Part shown: piece after piece, positions 37,425 to 45,716 of the stretch
Numbering within the stretch: the first letter of the stretch is position 1
Layout of the letters: each line of letters starts with the position of its first letter
Virus record (IMG/VR): IMGVR_UViG_3300036770_005504
Span: 1-64,000 of that record
Direction: 5' to 3' (one strand)
DNA length: 64,000 nt
Source of the DNA: a virus
Notes under the pieces: model-generated
Database searches by the model: none
What the model saw: only the letters and a program-made list of their open reading frames with translations
Told to the model about the DNA's origin: nothing
Position numbers and translations under genes: made by a program

Positions 37425-38111
37425 TTATCGATGACAGTTATTGACAATGTTCATAAATTCCAATCTGACAGAATTGTCAGTTTTGAACACCCCTCCAAGT
37501 TTACTGGTCACTGTGGAACTACCAGTATCTTGAATGCCTCTACTTTTTACACAATAATGTTGTGCATCAATTACCACTGCAATATTATCTGTTTCTAGAA
37601 TGTATTGTAGTGCGTGATAGATCTGTTCAGTCAACCGTTCTTGAATTTGAGGACGTTTGCTGAAATATTCAACCACTCGATTAATTTTACTCAACCCTAA
37701 CACTTTGCCATTGGGAATATAGGCCACGGTGGCTAGCCCATCAATGACAACTCCGTGATGTTCACAGTTACTTTGCACATTGACATTACGTTCTACTACC
37801 ATTTCGTCGTAGCGCATTTTATTATCCACTGTGGTGCACTTGGGGAAATTTTCTTCTTTGAGTCCAAAATAAATTTCATTGATATACATTTTGGCCATGC
37901 GGTTTGGTGTTTCTGCCAAACTGTCATCATTGAGATCCATGCCCACAGTTTTCCAGATTGTAGTAAATGCTTGCTCTAAGATATCAATTTTCTTTTTATT
38001 CTCCACAGATAGAGCTGTGTCGATAATGGGTGTTTCTACTCCCATTTTAATTAGATGTTGACGGATTTTGTGACCCAGGACGGGATCACATTTGGTTTTA
38101 TCGAAACTCAT
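37425..38111 (-). CDS. folE: GTP cyclohydrolase I
   Basis: ETPNRMAKM, SNCEHH, GLSKINR, RPQIQERLT, HYCVKSRG. Confidence 0.95.
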   Translation of the reverse strand: MSFDKTKCDPVLGHKIRQHLIKMGVETPIIDTALSVENKKKIDILEQAFTTIWKTVGMDLNDDSLAETPNRMAKMYINEIYFGLKEENFPKCTTVDNKMRYDEMVVERNVNVQSNCEHHGVVIDGLATVAYIPNGKVLGLSKINRVVEYFSKRPQIQERLTEQIYHALQYILETDNIAVVIDAQHYCVKSRGIQDTGSSTVTSKLGGVFKTDNSVRLEFMNIVNNCHR

Positions 38112-38191
38112 ATTTGTTCTCCTTACTCAAATTCTGAGATTGCTTGATAACGAAAATGTTGAGATCTATCATACCTCAACAATGATATTTA

Positions 38192-39370
38192 TTAATATTT
38201 TTCTTGACTAGTATATTTGCGATAATCGACACTATCACGACGCCAATGATCTGCCTGACCTTGCATAATATCAACAATTCTGTCAATGGTTTTATCAGTC
38301 CAGTCGCTGATCTTACCTTGATTTGCATGTGGTGATTCTAGTAATTTTTCCAGTTTGTTTAAGGCATCTGTCAATGACCAAGGAATATACATTCTTTCAT
38401 GGTCGTTAGCAAATGTTTCCGGAAAACTTCGATATGCAGGATATAAGACATTGCAGCCTAGTGCATCAGCTTCACTGACTGTATTGGAAACCCAATCTTG
38501 CAGAGCGCAATTAAAGAGGACTCGTGTATTGTTTAATAAGGCATAGTAGTCATTTTTCGTGAGATTGGTATAGATCTTAAGTAGACCTTGTTGTTCTAAC
38601 TCACGAGCTTGTGTGACATGATCGAGATTGTTACTACGCAGTTCAGAGGCACCAGACAGCACACAGAATTCCACAGGCATATTGGGATAACGTCGGTGCC
38701 ATTCTTTAATCAAGTCCATATAAAAGTCGGGTTGTTTTTCCTGATCCCATCGTGCTGCAAATCCCACACGCATAGCACGCTGCTCAAATGGTCTAATGTC
38801 TTTTACTCGTTCTTTTACTTCTTCTTTGCCAAATGCAAGACCGCTGACATTATAGATAGGAGCAGACCATCCGGCAATGCGCATATGCGCTACCATTTCT
38901 TCATTGGTGGCCAATACTCCATCTACGAATTCGTTGACCATTTTTTCATAAAGGCCCATCCATTTCGACATACCCCACACATGAACGAAATCGTCCGGAT
39001 CAATGGATTGAGCAAGACAGCGGACAAAAATGCGAGGACGCTGATCAGCATTAATTTGATTGAGAATATAAGGTAAGCTCTCGATACCGGGTTGAAACAT
39101 GTCTTCAAAAAATATGACATCATTGCAGTCGATCTCTCCGTTACGCATCATTTGAACAAGATTCATCATTTGGCTCATGCTAAAATAACTGCGACCATGA
39201 GCATCTAACACTTGTCCTACAGAAATAGCTCGAGTGTTATCTAAAGTGGACCCAGGCACATATACTACGTTTAATCCTCTACGGTCAAACACACGACGAT
39301 TCCATTCTGTCAGCTGTAGAGTGTATCTTTCTTGGTATGGTTCGAGTCCCATATAGATCAATTTTCTCAT
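38192..39370 (-). CDS. GT-B (GT4-like) glycosyltransferase
   Basis: VGFAARWDQEKQP, ALQDWVSNTVSEA..LGC..LYP; start at MRKLIY. Confidence 0.78.
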   Translation of the reverse strand: MRKLIYMGLEPYQERYTLQLTEWNRRVFDRRGLNVVYVPGSTLDNTRAISVGQVLDAHGRSYFSMSQMMNLVQMMRNGEIDCNDVIFFEDMFQPGIESLPYILNQINADQRPRIFVRCLAQSIDPDDFVHVWGMSKWMGLYEKMVNEFVDGVLATNEEMVAHMRIAGWSAPIYNVSGLAFGKEEVKERVKDIRPFEQRAMRVGFAARWDQEKQPDFYMDLIKEWHRRYPNMPVEFCVLSGASELRSNNLDHVTQARELEQQGLLKIYTNLTKNDYYALLNNTRVLFNCALQDWVSNTVSEADALGCNVLYPAYRSFPETFANDHERMYIPWSLTDALNKLEKLLESPHANQGKISDWTDKTIDRIVDIMQGQADHWRRDSVDYRKYTSQEKY

Positions 39371-39588
39371 GCCAGTCCTTCGAGTTTTTTTAGATCTTCG
39401 GCCCATTGATTTTTAAAATTTTTGCCGGCTGCATATTTACTATATTGTTGCCAGGCATAGCTGCGAAAGTTATTGATATCATTTTCACTATAACGATATC
39501 CATACTCACGACAGAAATTGAGATATTTTTCTAGCAGATCAAACACTTCAGATACTTGTGGGTTATGTTGAATTTTAATTTTTGACAT
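39367..39588 (-). CDS. Hypothetical protein
   Basis: ORF in operon. Confidence 0.7.
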   Translation of the reverse strand: MSKIKIQHNPQVSEVFDLLEKYLNFCREYGYRYSENDINNFRSYAWQQYSKYAAGKNFKNQWAEDLKKLEGLA

Positions 39589-39594
39589 AATATA

Positions 39595-40026
39595 TTACCT
39601 TGATTGTGGATATTGAATAAAACAACCGTTCTCGCCGTCCTCGGACACTTCGATCCAGACATCTCGTTGAGGATATCGAGCCGAAATTTGTAAATAAAGA
39701 TCGTCGGCTATCATTTCGCAACTTTTGTAATCTAGTTGCAAAACACCTTGTGGGCCAGAATACAACCCTTCAAGCCATCTTTTAAATTGTATGAATTCAA
39801 TGTCTCGGTCGTCTGTAAAGACATCAATCCAAACACGAAAGTGAAAAATATGCCTATGAGGGCTCGCCAAAAAACTGACGTCATACTGGTCTCCTGTGGC
39901 TAGTAATGGATCTGTGGCAGCAGCCGGGTAACAATGAATACCTTCTTTTTGAAAGGTCACCCAGATTTTTCGTTGTGCAACAGCAATGGTATGATCGATT
40001 TTGATTCGTTCAGAATGTGTGATCAT
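39595..40026 (-). CDS. QueD-paralog T-fold protein (DpdL-like candidate)
   Basis: EGIH.YP, FLASPHRHIFHF (LxxxHRHxF), RDIEFI, SCEMIA, VSEDGENG. Confidence 0.65.
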   Translation of the reverse strand: MITHSERIKIDHTIAVAQRKIWVTFQKEGIHCYPAAATDPLLATGDQYDVSFLASPHRHIFHFRVWIDVFTDDRDIEFIQFKRWLEGLYSGPQGVLQLDYKSCEMIADDLYLQISARYPQRDVWIEVSEDGENGCFIQYPQSR

Positions 40027-40295
40027 GATTTTAATGACTCCAAAGTGATAATTTTTGTAATAGTATCAGAAATATCATCGCTGTTGGCAATGACATACAA
40101 ATTATAATTATGTCGATCTATTTTATTGACTTGTTCGGGAGCAATAACTTGAATTACTGTGCCACCATTGGCACGGTATACATTAAATCGAATAGGTCGA
40201 TCGGTCAATGATATATAATCATTGTCCACCGGGGTTGTCAAATTGCCGAGCAATTCTTGCTTTTTTGGAAATATTTTACGCCATAACTTTTTCAT
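40023..40295 (-). CDS. Hypothetical protein
   Basis: ORF in operon. Confidence 0.7.
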   Translation of the reverse strand: MKKLWRKIFPKKQELLGNLTTPVDNDYISLTDRPIRFNVYRANGGTVIQVIAPEQVNKIDRHNYNLYVIANSDDISDTITKIITLESLKS

Positions 40296-40831
40296 AATGG
40301 TTGATCTTGGTTGTATTTAGACCAATCAGTAAATACTGATCGATCCGTAAGTTGATTGACATAATGACACCATACTCCGGGGTTACTGCAATTAAAATCT
40401 CGATCGTCGATTTTTAATACTGCATTATACCCCAGTTGACTTAGATACGGTATTGGTGCACTGATCATGGGAATAAATTGATTGTTTTCACACAAACCAC
40501 TTTCAAGTAGCCCTTCGACTTGGCTGATATTGATATCTAAACTACACCAAAATCCATGTGCTAAACAAATTTCGATCATATTTTCCCATTGACTCCAATT
40601 TTTGTAGTCGTTGGTAGTTATTGTAATCGGGAAACTGCGATCAGCACCGAAGTAAATATGTGTGATATGTTTTTGACAATCACTGTCCTGTTTTGACTGT
40701 TGAACAATTTCAAGAATTTTTTCAACTGGTTGAACCCCGATTACGAACAATGTAGTTCTACCGTAAGCAGGAGTGTGTTCGACCTCTTGACCAATAAAAA
40801 AGTCTCTGTCTTGGTGATTGGGTCTATTCAT
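40292..40831 (-). CDS. Hypothetical protein coupled to the DpdA-like gene
   Basis: ATGA overlap with the upstream gene. Confidence 0.75.
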   Translation of the reverse strand: MNRPNHQDRDFFIGQEVEHTPAYGRTTLFVIGVQPVEKILEIVQQSKQDSDCQKHITHIYFGADRSFPITITTNDYKNWSQWENMIEICLAHGFWCSLDINISQVEGLLESGLCENNQFIPMISAPIPYLSQLGYNAVLKIDDRDFNCSNPGVWCHYVNQLTDRSVFTDWSKYNQDQPL

Positions 40832-42507
40832 TGATTTTCTAATACCTCTAATAAAGTTTCATCAAATTGTGTTTGTTCTTGCTCTGGTGATTCCAGCTCA
40901 TCAGGATTTTCTGCTTCAAACAATGAATTAAACACAGATTGATTCGGTCTCATCAGTCGTTTGCCAGTAAATCCTCTTGTGCCGATAATTAGATCAAAAC
41001 AAGATTCATAGTATGATATACGTTCGAGACTTTTTTGTCTAGTTTTTTGGCTAAACACATCATCCACAATAGATCGAAAATCAAACTGCTCGTCAGTTTT
41101 ACCAGACAACATCAGTGGCATTAGTCCATTTTCATACTGTTGATTGGCAGTTTGAACTGCATTGATATGATGCCAAACATTATGAGACATCAATAATGCA
41201 TAGCTAAAACTATCCCAACTGGTGTTACCAATGTTGCCTAATTTATTTTTATCTGTGGGCCCATACACACAGATGTCAGAAATTTTCAATAATTTCGAAA
41301 CTGGGCTGTCATCAAATGTATCATGTATACCATCTTGTAACACCACATCACGAAATGCTCTTTGGTCGGTTTTATACTTTTTATCATCGGCAGTGGGTTC
41401 CATACGATAAACCCACTTGGATCTATGTTGACATTTGTTGTGAGTATATAACTGTCCATTTGCTGTGGCCAAAAATGGGCTGGCGCAATCAAAACTGATA
41501 GAGAATCGAGGATTGTGATATTTTCTTACTGAATTTTGTATATCAGTTAATAGACAAGCCCATTCCAGTTTACTGGTTCCTAAAAAGTGCATCCAGTCAT
41601 GAACTCCGGGTACCAATAAGCCATCATAGATGATATTCACAAGTCTTTTCAATACCAAATGAACATCACACATGTTTTGGCCACCCATGGCCCAACCATC
41701 AAAATGTCGTCCTGGATATTGTTGAGGATCACAATAACCTTTCATAGTTTGATACCAATCCTCGGCACTATCGTGATTATCTCCCTGTAATACATTTAGA
41801 ATTCGTGTGCCACCGTTTTCGATACCACGACGATTGTTGATAAAATATTCATTGTTATATCGTGTGGCATCAATGGCTTCTTTGAGTGTGGTGATACCAC
41901 AGGCTTGACCTGCTGCTTTGTCATGTATTACCCAGGTAGGAATATCTAATGTCATACTATAATCAGCAATGGTATCAAGCCATGTCAGCACCGATCGACG
42001 ACGTTGTTCTGTGTCTTTGAGAGACTTTTGATATTCTGCCACTGGATCTATTGTTTTGGTACGACCTTTTTTGTTGATCTGTGTTTGAGTTCCTAGTGCT
42101 GCAAGATTGGCAATATGTGCTGCAACTTCGTTACTATTAGGTGCACGCCATTCACCTGGCCATCGTCCTTTGGCTATTTGAAAGCCACCACTATCACCTA
42201 ACATAAAAGACCCGGATTCTCTATTGCGGACCATATCCTCGCTGGGGTCGGATTTGGTCAAGTCCAAATTAGCATGCCCAGCACTATACAAACTCCATTT
42301 GTAGGGGAACATAGATTTTTGATTATTAAGCCAATTTAGTTGTTCCATATCATGAAGTCCCGCGGGCATACGAGCAGGATCTACATAGTTTTCTACTCGC
42401 TGCCGACCAATGAAAGTTGCATAAAATCCGCTAATAGCGGGCAAGAAAATAGCCCATTTGCTGAGACCATTTTGATTCAATTGTCTTTGTGTAAAGTTAT
42501 GTTGCAT
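40828..42507 (-). CDS. dpdA: TGT-fold guanine transglycosylase (DpdA-like DNA 7-deazaguanine insertase)
   Basis: LGDSGGFQ, MTLDIP, NVLQG, GWAMGG, HFLG and SFD TGT motifs; clustered with folE, queD and queE. Confidence 0.75.
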   Translation of the reverse strand: MQHNFTQRQLNQNGLSKWAIFLPAISGFYATFIGRQRVENYVDPARMPAGLHDMEQLNWLNNQKSMFPYKWSLYSAGHANLDLTKSDPSEDMVRNRESGSFMLGDSGGFQIAKGRWPGEWRAPNSNEVAAHIANLAALGTQTQINKKGRTKTIDPVAEYQKSLKDTEQRRRSVLTWLDTIADYSMTLDIPTWVIHDKAAGQACGITTLKEAIDATRYNNEYFINNRRGIENGGTRILNVLQGDNHDSAEDWYQTMKGYCDPQQYPGRHFDGWAMGGQNMCDVHLVLKRLVNIIYDGLLVPGVHDWMHFLGTSKLEWACLLTDIQNSVRKYHNPRFSISFDCASPFLATANGQLYTHNKCQHRSKWVYRMEPTADDKKYKTDQRAFRDVVLQDGIHDTFDDSPVSKLLKISDICVYGPTDKNKLGNIGNTSWDSFSYALLMSHNVWHHINAVQTANQQYENGLMPLMLSGKTDEQFDFRSIVDDVFSQKTRQKSLERISYYESCFDLIIGTRGFTGKRLMRPNQSVFNSLFEAENPDELESPEQEQTQFDETLLEVLENQ

Positions 42508-42510
42508 TAA

Positions 42511-43983
42511 TTATTTCCGTGAATAAATCAAGTTACCACAATCCCATATTCTATAATATCTATTCAATGACATGTTTTGATATTCGCTGAGATCTGGGTC
42601 AAAAATTGACAATTTTTCAGCCAGTAAATGTTTTTGAAATTGATTTCTCGACAATAACAGACCAGGATTATTAAGGTGAAAATATTTATAATTGGGATCA
42701 GACTGTCCTATTAATTCAAATCCTGAATTTTGATATAAATTGCCGTTAATACTGTTGGTCCATCTACGGTCGGCATAGGATATCACACCGACGTTACCCA
42801 CCAATCGATCAAAGTAAGCCAGTATTTTGGATAAGCCACCGACCACAGTGTGATATTTTTCTGAGCAATATCTCAATAGTTCAAATTGAAATTGTTTGTT
42901 AAATCTAGACTTGCCAAAACCAGCAGCTGAAACCAACTGATCTTGATAAAACAACCCGATTTTTATACCACTGGCAATGAAACCTTGCAAATGGTTTCTT
43001 TCTACAAAACTTTGATACAATTTATTATCTATTTCTTTGACTTGACATTTTCTTGCCGGTATCTTGATACTGCGCCCTAACAAATGATTTAGTTTGCTTT
43101 TTACTATATCATGTTTTACTGGATCAAGCCATTCTGAATCGTAGATTTGTATCAAATGTATATGTGATTTTTCGCATTCAATTGTTTTGTCTAGATGATA
43201 TTTTTTTGATTTTCCCTTTTCCTCACAGTGCCAATATATGCCATTGATTTCAATGGCAAGATTTTTGTCTGGGACAAAAATGTCAATCTCTTTGTTGTTG
43301 AGAATTGTTCTATTGCTTTGTTCAATTGATGCATCAGTGATAGATTGTAAGTATTCTATGACTTCTTGTTCTATTGATGATGTTGAGTGTCTAATTGCTG
43401 ATATATCGTTTTCTGCAAAAAAGTTTAAAATAGGTGTGGCAGATATTCCTAATTCTTTGGCAATTTGTCCACAAGATTTTTTAAGTTCAAAATGTTGATA
43501 CCTCAGCCACTCAAGGTCTTTCATTAGATGTAAAGATTCTTGAGATATATGTATTTGCTTGTTGGTTGCGCGACCATATTTTTCTAAATTAGTCTTTCTA
43601 CGTTTCTCAAGTATAGAATCTTTTTTTACTTCAAATCTCTCGATTGCACTTTTTTGAATCTTCTCAACAACAGCAGGATCTTTACTGGGATTGTCTACAC
43701 CATAACGAGACATGAAAGTTGATTTCATTTTTGCTTTGACCAACGGACTTTTTGAAGGGTTGTCAACACCATATTTGGTTTGAAAAGTATCAACTAGCTG
43801 TTGCCTTATGGCATCATTGTGCATGGGATGACCACCGAACTTGTCAATATTGGTTTTTTGTTTTTTCTCTAATATGGCAGGATCACGTCCCATACACTTA
43901 TTGCTACACCAATCCCAATATTCATTCCGACTTTTGATAAATTTAGTTACCGGATTATTACAGATTTTACATCGCTTTTCCAT
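42511..43983 (-). mobile_element. Free-standing homing endonuclease (Hef-like, PD-(D/E)xK domain with KYG repeats)
   Basis: N-terminal CxxC..CS..C; repeated T...KYG/RYG-VDNPSK; EIDIF..LAIEINGIYWH; SYADRRW, RIWDCG. Confidence 0.8.
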
Positions 43984-44030
43984 ATTGAATACCCCTGTTG
44001 TTTATTTATGACTCAGGCGGGTATTCAATA
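43983..44030 (-). promoter_or_regulatory. RBS-sequestering hairpin enclosing a late promoter
   Basis: Minus strand TATTGAATACC-CG-CCTG [AGTCATAAATAAACAA] CAGG-GGTATTCAATA-TG. Confidence 0.8.
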
Positions 44031-44042
44031 GGATATTTCGAT

Positions 44043-44768
44043 TTATTTAGTAAATGCCGAAATTGCATAGTTATAAGTGGCCAAACCAGAGTTGACAGTA
44101 ATTTGCATAGCACCAACATCACTGATGCGAATAAACTTGTCGCCGGCAAGACCCAAGATACCGATAATTTGATTAACAGGCCAAGACCAAGGATTTTTAA
44201 GTGTCCCTGCTACGTCTGGTTGAAAAACAAAATTACCAGCATGGCTACTATGATTACCAAAGTGGAATTTGAGATCATTATTTTTGACTTCAGTTCGAAA
44301 CACAGTTTCTTCAGCATTGGCCTGTGCTTGCATTTTCAATCTCATAATAGAATTAACACTGGGTTCAAATTCAATACACCATGGTGGTTGTTTAAAGTTA
44401 TAGGTTTTAAGTTGTTCATCTACAATTTTCGATGACATGAATCTATAACTATTATGAAAATCTCCCAAACTATTTTCAAAATTAATACCATCTAGTTGTT
44501 GGTCAGTGGATCGTTGTGACACACTGAGTTTGGCATTTTCTCGATATTCTGGCAGATTCAACAAAATCTTCAGTTTATTAAGATTTGGCATGCCAAATGT
44601 TCCGATGAATTCAGAAATTGGTCCAGCAAATTCGCCATGCAGCACCACCGATTTGTCCTCGGCCATGGAATAGATTCGTGTTTGCTCTTGTGTGCCTGTG
44701 ATTTTCAATAGATTAATAAATCCTAGATCGTATGTATGTTGAACAAGATCTAAAAGTTGGTCTCTCAT
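44043..44768 (-). CDS. Probable DNA polymerase sliding clamp (gp45-like)
   Basis: About 240 aa beta-rich protein near polB; start at MRDQLL with AGGAG RBS. Confidence 0.6.
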   Translation of the reverse strand: MRDQLLDLVQHTYDLGFINLLKITGTQEQTRIYSMAEDKSVVLHGEFAGPISEFIGTFGMPNLNKLKILLNLPEYRENAKLSVSQRSTDQQLDGINFENSLGDFHNSYRFMSSKIVDEQLKTYNFKQPPWCIEFEPSVNSIMRLKMQAQANAEETVFRTEVKNNDLKFHFGNHSSHAGNFVFQPDVAGTLKNPWSWPVNQIIGILGLAGDKFIRISDVGAMQITVNSGLATYNYAISAFTK

Positions 44769-44799
44769 TACATTCTCCTTGAGTAGTATATTATATGAT

Positions 44800-45714
44800 T
44801 TATTTAGATTTAGCAATGACTTTTGCCAAAGTTTGTCCACCTCTGATAGTGGAAATTTCTCCAGGTTTTTGTATCTCCCACCATGAAGTTCCCGAAAGAT
44901 CTCGACTGTGATAAATTAAATTGTAGCCCAAATTGACAATTTCCGGTCTTAACATAGAACCAGGTATATAAGAATATACATGTTGTTCAGTCATTCGAGT
45001 TTCGTAACTATGGTCACAATCATTGAAACTAAACGAACAGATACCCCCAGGCCGCAGTAACAAAAAAATTTCTTTGAGATATTTTTTCATAGTAGCAAAA
45101 TCTTTATAATTGAAAAAATCTAAAGCAACTACTAGTCCAAAATTTCCTTGTGGTAATGGATGTAGAAAATTTTTAGCACTAGAATCAACTACATAGGGCC
45201 TGAGACGTCGTTGGTATTCCGGTGGAAATTGTTTTAAAGAATAATCGATCAACTCTCGATCGCTGTCGACTAGATACAAAGGGTCACACGCAACCAATGG
45301 TCTAAGATCACTAAATGCCATTGGTCTGAAAACTAGACCTGGAAAAATCCAACTGCTACGAAGTTGAATTTTATGATTAATACGTTGTTGAGTATGATTT
45401 TGGATTTTACGTCGAGTATTCAAAATGTAATCAAAACTTTCTATCAATACTTTTCCGAAAAAATTTTCACTGTCAACAAGATACTGTTGATGTAAATGAT
45501 AGTGTTGTTGATTTAGTAACTCCAGTTGGTGGTCAATTTCACATAAAAAAGTTTCATCGAGTTGGCAGTATTGTTGATGAATATGGCTAAAACTCTGTGA
45601 TATTGTGGTTAATTTTTGAAACTGATCAGCACTGACTGGTGATCTGTTGTAAAAATTGTTCTTTAAACTCGACAGATATTGTCTGTCAGCTATGATATCA
45701 CTGAGCAATGCCAC
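44800..45714 (-). CDS. Methyltransferase-like protein
   Basis: C-terminal LPQGNFGLV..FFNY..LLRPGG. Confidence 0.6.
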   Translation of the reverse strand: MALLSDIIADRQYLSSLKNNFYNRSPVSADQFQKLTTISQSFSHIHQQYCQLDETFLCEIDHQLELLNQQHYHLHQQYLVDSENFFGKVLIESFDYILNTRRKIQNHTQQRINHKIQLRSSWIFPGLVFRPMAFSDLRPLVACDPLYLVDSDRELIDYSLKQFPPEYQRRLRPYVVDSSAKNFLHPLPQGNFGLVVALDFFNYKDFATMKKYLKEIFLLLRPGGICSFSFNDCDHSYETRMTEQHVYSYIPGSMLRPEIVNLGYNLIYHSRDLSGTSWWEIQKPGEISTIRGGQTLAKVIAKSK

Positions 45715-45716
45715 AA

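Noticed and set aside
43998-44435. 145-aa plus-strand ORF and the many similar short antisense ORFs in the track
   Set aside because: They lie opposite well-supported genes and have no motifs or expression signals
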